Assembly (NCBI GenBank): GCA_040003795.1
Contig: JBDUBV010000002.1
Coordinates: 1 to 42,868 of the forward strand
Length of the DNA stretch: 42,868 nucleotides
Direction of reading: 5' to 3'
DNA from: Pseudonocardiales bacterium
GTDB lineage: Bacteria; Actinomycetota; Actinomycetes; Mycobacteriales; QHCA01
Within the stretch, counting starts at the first letter, position 1; every line of letters starts with the position of its first letter. Below, piece by piece: positions 28,307 to 35,937 of this stretch. The position numbers and the translations under genes were made by a program. The notes beneath the pieces are model-generated. The model worked only from the letters and a program-made list of their open reading frames with translations. It was not told where the DNA came from and did not search any database.

Positions 28307-29493
28307 CGCCCGTCCGTCAGCAGTTTGCGAACCGTCGAGTCGCCCGATCTCAGCGCGTCCTCGACGGTCTGACCCTTGTATTCACCGGGAAACACCCGGT
28401 TGACCTCCGCGTTGCGGAACTTGCCGATGAAGTCCTGTACCGTCATCTGCCGGTTGGCGATCGCCGGATTGTCGACGTCGAGCTTGATCTTTCGCGCGAA
28501 CTTGAGATCTCCGGCGGGGTCGCTCGACCCCCCCACGCCGCCGCCGCTGTACCCGCCACCACTGCCGCCTCCGGTCTGCACGGCCTCGACCGGATTGTCT
28601 GCGGCGTCGCGGGCCATCTGCAGGATTCCGGCACCGGCCAGACCTGCTCCGCTCGCGATGACGCCGGCCGACAGGACGTTGACCGGCACTCCCACGAGGG
28701 CACCCACGCCAGTCAGGTCCAAGGCGACTCCGCCCACCTCACCGCCAGCACCGAGCACCATCAACGTCCCCCCGGCGAGAGTCTCCGCCAGGGCGGCCGG
28801 ATCGTTGAGCATCGCCTGCCCGTAGGACGCCAGAACGTTCACCACGTCTCCGCCGAGGTGTTCCAGGGTGTTCCCCGCGCTGCTGAAGAAGTCGCCTACC
28901 TCGTCCCAGAACCCCGGCTTCTCGGGAGCCTCGTCCCGGCCGGCACCGACGACCTTCTCTGCCGCGTCTCCAGCGGTCTGGAGCTCGGCGCGAGCGTGGT
29001 TGAGTTTGTCGCGCGCGGCTTGGCGCTTGGCCTCGCCGGCGTCCACGAACGGGATACTTGCAGGGGTCGTCGGGGTCCCGGCCGTCGTCTTCACTGCAGC
29101 GTCCTGCTGCGCCTTCTGTACTGCCTGATCATGCTGCGATATGGCCGCGGCCGTGTCGGCCTCCCCCTGATTCCACAAAGTGATGGCGCCGGCCGCCTCG
29201 TGCTGCACCCAAGTCAACTTCTCCGCGTAGGTTGACAGCGCCGCCGCCGCGCCGTGGAAGGCCTGACCTGCCTGCGTCCACTTGGCCGGCTTGCCATGGA
29301 ACTTGGAGCGGAACTGGTCACCGGCCGGCCCGCTCCATCCGGCCTCGGTATCGACCCGCACCAATCCCTCACCCGCCACGTGCAGCAGGTCGCCGTAGTC
29401 GGTCATCTGCAGTTGGGTCTTGTGCACCGCACCAGGATCGCCGGGGACCAGGGCTTGGGGGTCAGACGTCTGACCGAGTTCGGCTGCCATCAC
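28291..29493 (-). CDS. Putative T7SS-secreted modular (polymorphic-toxin-like) protein
   Basis: 400 aa. Residues 1-110 form a helical domain with a W-S-G motif and resemble the 'putative T7SS-secreted protein' N-domain. Residues 236-292 are a Gly-rich hydrophobic block. Residues 307-323 are a poly-Gly linker. Residues 324-400 are a basic module with no His or Cys and no assigned family. Confidence 0.75.
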   Translation of the reverse strand: MMAAELGQTSDPQALVPGDPGAVHKTQLQMTDYGDLLHVAGEGLVRVDTEAGWSGPAGDQFRSKFHGKPAKWTQAGQAFHGAAAALSTYAEKLTWVQHEAAGAITLWNQGEADTAAAISQHDQAVQKAQQDAAVKTTAGTPTTPASIPFVDAGEAKRQAARDKLNHARAELQTAGDAAEKVVGAGRDEAPEKPGFWDEVGDFFSSAGNTLEHLGGDVVNVLASYGQAMLNDPAALAETLAGGTLMVLGAGGEVGGVALDLTGVGALVGVPVNVLSAGVIASGAGLAGAGILQMARDAADNPVEAVQTGGGSGGGYSGGGVGGSSDPAGDLKFARKIKLDVDNPAIANRQMTVQDFIGKFRNAEVNRVFPGEYKGQTVEDALRSGDSTVRKLLTDGRWKSK

Positions 29494-29813
29494 TGCGCGG
29501 CCGGATCGGGACCAGAGCCCTGCAAGATCTGTTCCATCCGGTGCTGACCGGTCCGATCGATCTTGAGGTAGACGTCAGCACTGCGCACCAGTCGATCTGC
29601 CACCTCTTGGGTGTCCTTGATCAGATGCTCCACGCCGATCTGCCAGCGATCGCAGAAGTCCGACACCGTACCGGCCAGATGATCATGACCGAACGACGAC
29701 TTGGCGCGGTCGATGTCACTTACCCGCTTTTCGCCCACCGCCTGCATGGTGCCGACAACACCGTCAGCGGCTTCGGTCAGGGCCTTGACATCGACGCGAA
29801 ACCCGTCCGCCAT
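29490..29813 (-). CDS. EspC/WXG100-like small helical T7SS helper/target protein
   Basis: 107 aa: MADGFRVDVKALTEAADGV...FGHDHLAGTVSDFCDRWQIGVEHL...SADVYLKIDRT. A YxxxD motif lies at 29556-29570. Its stop is embedded in the start of the toxin-like gene (GTGATG). Confidence 0.7.
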   Translation of the reverse strand: MADGFRVDVKALTEAADGVVGTMQAVGEKRVSDIDRAKSSFGHDHLAGTVSDFCDRWQIGVEHLIKDTQEVADRLVRSADVYLKIDRTGQHRMEQILQGSGPDPAAQ

Positions 29814-29897
29814 GCTCCGACCCTCTCCCCGAGCGAAATATCCAGTCGGCAGAGTGTAGAAGAAATCCCCTCGTGGCAGACTGCCCCGTTATCGCCG

Positions 29898-30266
29898 TCA
29901 GTTCTCGGCCACCACCATGGCCGAGGCGATGCCGCCGTCGTGGGACAGCGACAGATGCCAGCGGGTGACCCTGCGCGCCTGGGCAGCTGCAGCAACGCTG
30001 CCGGCGACCACCAGCTCCGGCCTGCCGTCGGCGGCGGTGCGCACCTCGCAGTCGTGCCACTCGAGCGCCGCCGGGGCCCCGAGTGCCTTGGCCACAGCCT
30101 CCTTGGCGGCGAAGCGGGCCGCCAAGGACTCGGGAGTCCGCGAGATGCCGGCCGCGGTGACCCGCTCGGCAGCGGTGAACAACCGCTCGGCCAGGCCCGG
30201 CGTGCGCCGCAGCGATGCGGCGAACCGCTCCACCGGCACGACATCGATCCCCACGCCGACGATCAT
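29898..30266 (-). CDS. acpS: Holo-[acyl-carrier-protein] synthase
   Basis: [15 protein letters not shown]...[10 protein letters not shown]...SLSHDGG; 122 aa. Confidence 0.9.
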   Translation of the reverse strand: MIVGVGIDVVPVERFAASLRRTPGLAERLFTAAERVTAAGISRTPESLAARFAAKEAVAKALGAPAALEWHDCEVRTAADGRPELVVAGSVAAAAQARRVTRWHLSLSHDGGIASAMVVAEN

Positions 30267-30275
30267 CGTGGCGGG

Positions 30276-32132
30276 TTACTCGACCGTGACGGACTTGGCA
30301 AGGTTGCGCGGCTGGTCGACGTCGTTGCCCCGGCCCGCGGCGATCTGGCAGGCGAGGACCTGCAACGGCACGACGGTGACGAGCGGGGCGAGCAGGGTCG
30401 GGATCACCGGCACCCGGATCAGGTGGTCGGCGTAGGGCTCGACGTCGTGGTCGCCCTCCTCGGCGATCACGATGGTGAAGGCACCGCGGGCGCGCACCTC
30501 CTGGAGGTTGGAGACCACCTTGCCGTGCAGCGAGTCGCGGCTGCGCGGCGAGGGCACCACGACGATGACCGGCGTGCCGTCCTCGATCAGCGAGATCGGC
30601 CCGTGCTTGAGCTCGCCGGCCGCGAAGCCCTCGGCGTGCATGTAGGCGATCTCCTTGAGCTTCAGCGCGCCCTCCAGGGCCACCGGGTAGCCCACGTGCC
30701 GGCCGATGAACAGCGCCTTGGGGGCGTGGACGAGGTCGCTGCCGAGTTGGCGTACCGGCTCCATCGTGGTCAGCACCTGCTCGAGCATCTGCGGAGCACG
30801 CTCGAGGTCGCGTACCACCGCCGCGACCTCGTCGCCGTACATCACCCCGCGTACCTGACCGAGGTACAACGCGACGAGGTAGACCGCCACGACCTGGGTG
30901 AGGAAGGCCTTGGTGGACGCCACGGCGACCTCGGGACCGGCGCGAGTATAGAGCACGGCATCGGATTCCCGCGGGATGGTCGAGCCGTTGGTGTTGGAGA
31001 TCGCCAGGACACGGGCGCGCTGCTCCTTGGCGTGCCGCAGCGCCATCAGGGTGTCCATCGTCTCGCCGCTCTGGCTGATCGCGATCACCAGCGTGAAGCG
31101 GTCGAGCACCGGATCCCGGTAGCGGAACTCACTGGCCAGCTCGACCTCGCACGGCATGCGGGTCCAGTGCTCGATGGCGTACTTGGCGATCAGTGCGGCA
31201 TGGTAGGCCGACCCGCAGGCGACGATGAACACCTTGGCGATCTCGCGCAGGTCCTCGTCGGGGATGCGCACCTCGTCGAGGACGATCTGCCCGGCGCGGC
31301 CGAGCCTGCCGCGCAGCGTGTTGGCGACGGCCGTCGGCTGCTCGGCGATCTCCTTGAGCATGAAGAAGTCGTAGCCGCCTTTCTCGGCCGCCGAGACGTC
31401 CCAGTCGACGTGGTAGTCCTTGCCCACGGCCGGCGACCCATCGAAGCCGGTAATGGTGACCGCGTCACGGGTGATCTCCACCACCTGGTCCTGCTCGAGC
31501 TCGACTGCCTCGCGGGTGTGCTCGATGAACGCGGCGACGTCGCTGCCGAGGAAGTTCTCCCCGTCGCCGCGGCCGACAACGAGAGGACTGTTGCGGCGGG
31601 CCCCGACGACCGTGCCCTCGACGTCGGCATGCACCGCGACGAGGGTGAAGGCGCCGGCAAGGCGGCGGCACACCTGGCGCATCGCCTCGGCCAGGTCGAT
31701 GTGCGTGCCCTGGGCGGCGGTGATCTCCTCGAGCAGGTGGGTGACCACCTCGGTGTCGGTGTCGCTGGTGAGCAGGTGCCCGCGCTCCTCCAGTTCGGCC
31801 CGCAGGGCAACGAAGTTCTCGATGATGCCGTTGTGGATCACTGCGATCTTGCCCGTGCAGTCGCGATGCGGGTGGGCGTTGCGGTCATTGGGTGCCCCGT
31901 GAGTGGCCCAGCGGGTGTGTCCGATACCGGTGGTGCCCTCTGGGAGGTGGTCGGCGGCGACGGCTTCCTCGAGGTTGGCCAGTTTGCCCGCCCGCCGTTC
32001 GGTAGCCAGTCGGCCCTGCCACACGATCGCCACGCCGGCGGAGTCGTAGCCGCGGTACTCCAGCCGGCGCAGTCCGTCGATGACGACGTCGAGGGCCCGC
32101 TGCCCGCCCACATACCCCACGATCCCGCACAT
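30276..32132 (-). CDS. glmS: Glutamine--fructose-6-phosphate aminotransferase
   Basis: MCGIVGYVG (Cys2 nucleophile), two SIS domains, C-terminal NLAKSVTVE. 618 aa. Confidence 0.97.
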   Translation of the reverse strand: MCGIVGYVGGQRALDVVIDGLRRLEYRGYDSAGVAIVWQGRLATERRAGKLANLEEAVAADHLPEGTTGIGHTRWATHGAPNDRNAHPHRDCTGKIAVIHNGIIENFVALRAELEERGHLLTSDTDTEVVTHLLEEITAAQGTHIDLAEAMRQVCRRLAGAFTLVAVHADVEGTVVGARRNSPLVVGRGDGENFLGSDVAAFIEHTREAVELEQDQVVEITRDAVTITGFDGSPAVGKDYHVDWDVSAAEKGGYDFFMLKEIAEQPTAVANTLRGRLGRAGQIVLDEVRIPDEDLREIAKVFIVACGSAYHAALIAKYAIEHWTRMPCEVELASEFRYRDPVLDRFTLVIAISQSGETMDTLMALRHAKEQRARVLAISNTNGSTIPRESDAVLYTRAGPEVAVASTKAFLTQVVAVYLVALYLGQVRGVMYGDEVAAVVRDLERAPQMLEQVLTTMEPVRQLGSDLVHAPKALFIGRHVGYPVALEGALKLKEIAYMHAEGFAAGELKHGPISLIEDGTPVIVVVPSPRSRDSLHGKVVSNLQEVRARGAFTIVIAEEGDHDVEPYADHLIRVPVIPTLLAPLVTVVPLQVLACQIAAGRGNDVDQPRNLAKSVTVE

Positions 32133-32182
32133 GGCTGTGGAGCCTAGCCGAGGATCGGTCCTGCGCCGGGGCCTCGCCCGTC

Positions 32183-32266
32183 GGCCGCCCCCCGGCCGCC
32201 CCTCGTGATCATGCAGGTTTGCAGGACGTCACGCCCGAAGAGCCCGAGCAAAGGTGCATGATCGCC
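32183..32266. repeat. Palindromic intergenic repeat, copy 2
   Basis: Arms GTGATCATGCA (32206-32216) and TGCATGATCGC (32256-32266). It shares the lead-in CGGCCGCCC..GCCGCCCC and the core GTGATCATG..TTTGCAGG..CACGCC with copy 1. Confidence 0.55.
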
Positions 32267-32296
32267 GGACTGGGGCCGTTGAGGGGCCGCTGAGGG

Positions 32297-33367
32297 TCAG
32301 GCGGGCCCGTCCATGAGGGCGGCGTACTCCGCCACGGTCGACCGGACGGATTCCCGTACGGAGTTGGCCTCAGCGGTCGCCCGGGCCGCCTGGCGCAGTG
32401 CCCGCAGGGCACTCGGCTCGCCGAGCATTTCGATCGCCCGGTCGAGCGCCCGGGACAGGTCGGCCACGTCGCCGGGCTCGGCCAGCAGGCCGTTGCGCCC
32501 GTCGTCGACGGTGACCGCCAGGCCGTCCACCCGCGACGCGACGACGACACAACCCGCTGCCATGCCCTCCAGGGCCACCAGTCCGAGCGCCTCGTCGCGC
32601 AAGGTCGGCACCGCAAGAACGTCGGCTGCGCACATCGCCCGGCCGATCTCGGCGGGCGTCACCTCTCCCCGCCACTCGATGTTCAGCCCGAGCTCGGCGG
32701 CCAGGGCGGTCCACCCGGCACGTTGCGGACCGTCGCCGCACACCGTCACCGTCCGAAAGCGATCGGGGCGCAGGACCAGCGCCCGCAGGAGCACGTCGAC
32801 GCCCTTACGCTCGATCAGATGCCCGGCGAAGAGCAGGCGCGGCCGGTCGTGGGGCTCCCGCGGCGGCCCGCCCTCGAACAGCGTCAGGTCGATCCCCGGG
32901 CTCACCTCGACCAGCCGGCGAGGCTCCCCCACCCGGCGGCGCAGCGCGGCGCTGAGCACCGGGCCGTTGGAGACCACCAGGTCGGCCCTGCGGAAGAGCC
33001 GGCGGGACAGCACCGCGTCGAGACGGCTGCGGTCGGGGAGGGAGAGCACGTCGGCGCCGTGGGCGAACAGCACCAGCGGGGCGCGCAGGAGGGCCGCCAT
33101 CGGCCGGGCGAGCAGGCCCGTCGGGTAGCCGATGTGGGCCTCGACGACGTCAGTTCGCCGGGAGCCGGCCAGCGCCCGGAGCGCCGTGACACCGGTGGCC
33201 CTGGCCAGCAGGCCAAGGTAGCGTCGCCACGCCGGGCCGCTGCCGGGTGAGACCAGGGCCACCTGGTGCCCTTCGGCGCGCAGGGCGTCGACCCTGGTTG
33301 CGACGAAGGTGCCCCAGCCGGGCCGGGCCGGGCTCGGGTAGAGGTTGGCCACAACGAGAATGCGCAT
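32297..33367 (-). CDS. GT4-family glycosyltransferase
   Basis: 356 aa with a GT-B layout. The E-x7-E region is EALGLVALEGMAAG. Confidence 0.85.
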   Translation of the reverse strand: MRILVVANLYPSPARPGWGTFVATRVDALRAEGHQVALVSPGSGPAWRRYLGLLARATGVTALRALAGSRRTDVVEAHIGYPTGLLARPMAALLRAPLVLFAHGADVLSLPDRSRLDAVLSRRLFRRADLVVSNGPVLSAALRRRVGEPRRLVEVSPGIDLTLFEGGPPREPHDRPRLLFAGHLIERKGVDVLLRALVLRPDRFRTVTVCGDGPQRAGWTALAAELGLNIEWRGEVTPAEIGRAMCAADVLAVPTLRDEALGLVALEGMAAGCVVVASRVDGLAVTVDDGRNGLLAEPGDVADLSRALDRAIEMLGEPSALRALRQAARATAEANSVRESVRSTVAEYAALMDGPA

Positions 33368-33376
33368 CGGGCCCGA

Positions 33377-34726
33377 CTACCGTCCAGCCGTGCGCACGAC
33401 CTCGACCAGCCGCTCTGCGACAGCCTGCGCCTGGCCCTGGTCGGGAGCTTCCACCATTACCCGGACGAGTTGCTCGGTGCCCGACGGTCGCAGCAGCACC
33501 CGGCCGTGCGCCCCCAGCGCCGCGCTCTCCTGCGCCACGGCTGCCGCGACGGAGGGTGCAGCGGCCACCGCCTCTTTGTCACCGACGGCGACATTGAGCA
33601 GCACCTGAGGCAGCACCTGCACCACCGAGGCCAGATCGGCCAGCGTCCTGCCCGATCGGGCGACGCGGGCCAGCAGTTGCAGTCCGGTGAGGATGCCGTC
33701 GCCGGTGGTCGCGAGGTCGGGCAGCACGATGTGCCCGCTCTGCTCACCGCCGAGGGACAACCGGCGGGCGGTCAACTCCGCGAGGACGTGCCGGTCGCCG
33801 ACCGGGGTGATGTCGAGGTCGATGCCGTGCTCGCGCAGGGCGATGTGCAGGCCGAGGTTGCTCATCACCGTCGCGACGACGGTGTCCTCGCGCAGCCGGG
33901 CGTCTTCGCGCATGGCCAGGGCGAGGACGGCCATGATCTGGTCGCCGTCGACCACCACCCCGTCGGCGGAGACGGCCAGGCAGCGGTCGGCGTCGCCGTC
34001 GTAGGCCAGCCCCGCGTCCGCGCCCTGCTCGACCACGGCCGCGGCCAGGCCCGCCAGGTAGGTGGAACCGACCCCGTCGTTGATGTTGAGTCCGTCGGGC
34101 TCGGCGGCGACCATGACCACCTTGGCGCCGGCCCTCTCGTGGACCTCCGGCGCCACGCCGGATGCCGCGCCGTGGGCGCAGTCGATGACGACGGCCAGCC
34201 CGTCGAGCCGGTTGGGCAGCGTGGCCAGCAGGTGATCGGCGTACGTCTCCCGGGCACCCTCCAGCGGGCGCACCCGGCCGACGCCAGCCCCGGTCGGCCG
34301 CTCCCGCGACCCGACCAGCCCGGCGGAGACGGCGTCCTCGATGGCGGCCTCGATGGAGTCGGCCAGCTTCAGCCCGCCCCGGCCGAACAGCTTGATCCCG
34401 TTGTCGGCCATCGGATTGTGGCTGGCCGAGAGCATCACGCCGAAGTCCGCGCCGGTCTGTGCGGTGAGGTAGGCGACGGCTGGGGTCGGCAGGACGCCGG
34501 CCAGCAGGACGTCGGCGCCCGCGCTGGTCAGCCCGGCGACGACGGCGGCCTCGAGCATCTCCCCGCTGGCCCGCGGGTCACGCCCGATCACCGCCACGGG
34601 ACGGCGGGTGCCGTCGCTTTCCCCGAGGACATGCACCGCTGCCAGACCGATCGAGAGGGCCAACTCGGGGGTGAGATCCCGGTTGGCCAGACCGCGAACG
34701 CCGTCGGTGCCGAAGAGTCGGCGCAC
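33377..34726 (-). CDS. glmM: Phosphoglucosamine mutase
   Basis: [12 protein letters not shown]...; phosphoserine loop [13 protein letters not shown]. 449 aa. Confidence 0.95.
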   Translation of the reverse strand: MRRLFGTDGVRGLANRDLTPELALSIGLAAVHVLGESDGTRRPVAVIGRDPRASGEMLEAAVVAGLTSAGADVLLAGVLPTPAVAYLTAQTGADFGVMLSASHNPMADNGIKLFGRGGLKLADSIEAAIEDAVSAGLVGSRERPTGAGVGRVRPLEGARETYADHLLATLPNRLDGLAVVIDCAHGAASGVAPEVHERAGAKVVMVAAEPDGLNINDGVGSTYLAGLAAAVVEQGADAGLAYDGDADRCLAVSADGVVVDGDQIMAVLALAMREDARLREDTVVATVMSNLGLHIALREHGIDLDITPVGDRHVLAELTARRLSLGGEQSGHIVLPDLATTGDGILTGLQLLARVARSGRTLADLASVVQVLPQVLLNVAVGDKEAVAAAPSVAAAVAQESAALGAHGRVLLRPSGTEQLVRVMVEAPDQGQAQAVAERLVEVVRTAGR

Positions 34727-34738
34727 GATCGGCGTCCC

Positions 34739-35143
34739 CTAGCGCTTCGAGTACTGCGGCGCCTTGCGGGCCTTCTTGAGCCCGTACTTCTTGCGCTCCT
34801 TGACCCGCGGGTCACGGGTGAGGAAGCCGGCCTTCTTCAGGGCCGGCCGGTCGTCGATCTCGACCTTGATCAGCGCCCGGGCGATGCCCAGGCGCAGTGC
34901 GCCGGCCTGCCCGCTGATGCCGCCACCCTTGAGCAGCGCGACCACGTCGTAGGCCTCACCCTTCTCCAGGGTGACGAAGGGCTCCCGGATGGCCTGCTGG
35001 TGCACCTTGTTGGGGAAGTACTGCTCCAGCGTGCGGCCGTTGAGCGTGAACTGTCCGGTGCCAGGGGTGAGCCGTACCCGGACGATGGCCTGCTTACGAC
35101 GGCCGACCGTCTGGACGGGCTTTTCGGCGGTGGTAGTGCTCAC
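34739..35143 (-). CDS. rpsI: 30S ribosomal protein S9
   Basis: GTG start after AAGAGGAA. ...[12 protein letters not shown]...[19 protein letters not shown]...[12 protein letters not shown]. Confidence 0.95.
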   Translation of the reverse strand: MSTTTAEKPVQTVGRRKQAIVRVRLTPGTGQFTLNGRTLEQYFPNKVHQQAIREPFVTLEKGEAYDVVALLKGGGISGQAGALRLGIARALIKVEIDDRPALKKAGFLTRDPRVKERKKYGLKKARKAPQYSKR

Positions 35144-35175
35144 GCGTTCCTCTTCTGCTCAGTCCCGGTGCACAT

Positions 35176-35619
35176 CTACTGCGCGACCTGGGAAATCTCG
35201 AAGGGCACCGGCGCCTGCGCCTGGTGCGGGTGCTCGGGCCCGGCGTAAACCTTGAGCTTGCCCAGCATGTGCCGGCCCAGCGTCGTGTGCGGCAGCATGC
35301 CCTTGACCGCCCGTTCGATCACCTGCGCCGGCCGGCGGGCCAGCAGGTCACCGTACGGCTCGGCCTTGAGCCCCCCGGGATAGCCGGAGTGCCGGTAGGC
35401 CATCTTCTGTTCGCGCTTGTTCCCCGTCAGGGCTACCTTGCCGGCGTTGACGATGATCACGAAGTCACCGGTGTCGACGTGCCGGGCGAACATCGGCTTG
35501 TGCTTGCCGCGCAGCAACTGGGCGGCCTGGCTGGCCAAGCGGCCCAGCACGACGTCTGTCGCGTCGATGACATGCCACTGCCGCTGCACGTCGGCGGGCT
35601 TGGGGTTGAACGTGGGCAC
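35176..35619 (-). CDS. rplM: 50S ribosomal protein L13
   Basis: GTG start after [35 protein letters not shown]... 147 aa. Confidence 0.95.
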   Translation of the reverse strand: MPTFNPKPADVQRQWHVIDATDVVLGRLASQAAQLLRGKHKPMFARHVDTGDFVIIVNAGKVALTGNKREQKMAYRHSGYPGGLKAEPYGDLLARRPAQVIERAVKGMLPHTTLGRHMLGKLKVYAGPEHPHQAQAPVPFEISQVAQ

Positions 35620-35649
35620 AGCTCTACTTCCTGTTCAGGCTTCGTGATG

Positions 35650-35674
35650 GCGCGGGTGCACGAACACCCCGCGC
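35650..35674 (-). promoter_or_regulatory. GC-rich hairpin in the rplM leader
   Basis: GCGCGGGTG-cacgaa-CACCCCGCGC, a 9-bp stem with one bulge. It lies 31-55 nt upstream of the rplM start. Confidence 0.25.
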
Positions 35675-35937
35675 AGCGCGGCAACGACTGATCACGATAC
35701 CTTCCGCGCCCATGGCGGGTCAAAAGCCACCGCCCAGGGCCGCTCGCCGCCCTCTGGCCAATACCGTACGGTCACCGACGTCGACCAGGGGATCGCGGCA
35801 CTGATCGTCGCTGAGTTGTCAGAGGAGCTGATCCACGATGCCGACGTCGAGATGAATGCGATGAAATCGGCATCTCACAGCCCCTTGCGCCTCTCCGGCA
35901 TCGGCTGAGCGCTGCTCGTCGCACGGGGCCACTCGGC

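Noticed and set aside
29232-32147. 971-aa plus-strand ORF, the longest in the window
   Set aside because: It is exactly antisense to glmS, acpS and the T7SS helper. The sequence is Arg/Gly/Ala/His-rich with no motifs. This is the typical shadow ORF of a high-GC genome, where the antisense frame lacks stop codons.
32133-32296. glmS ribozyme upstream of glmS
   Set aside because: The 164-nt leader is dominated by the palindromic repeat and GC-rich filler. I could not recognise the conserved glmS ribozyme core. The ribozyme is not expected in most Actinomycetota.
33266-35248. 660-aa plus-strand ORF
   Set aside because: It is antisense to glmM and rpsI, with shadow-frame composition. The same reasoning rejects 10399-11997 (antisense to guaB), 36052-37722 (antisense to the ABC-F gene), 55-1404 (antisense to the aminotransferase) and 41928-42851 / 40167-40943 (antisense to eccC).
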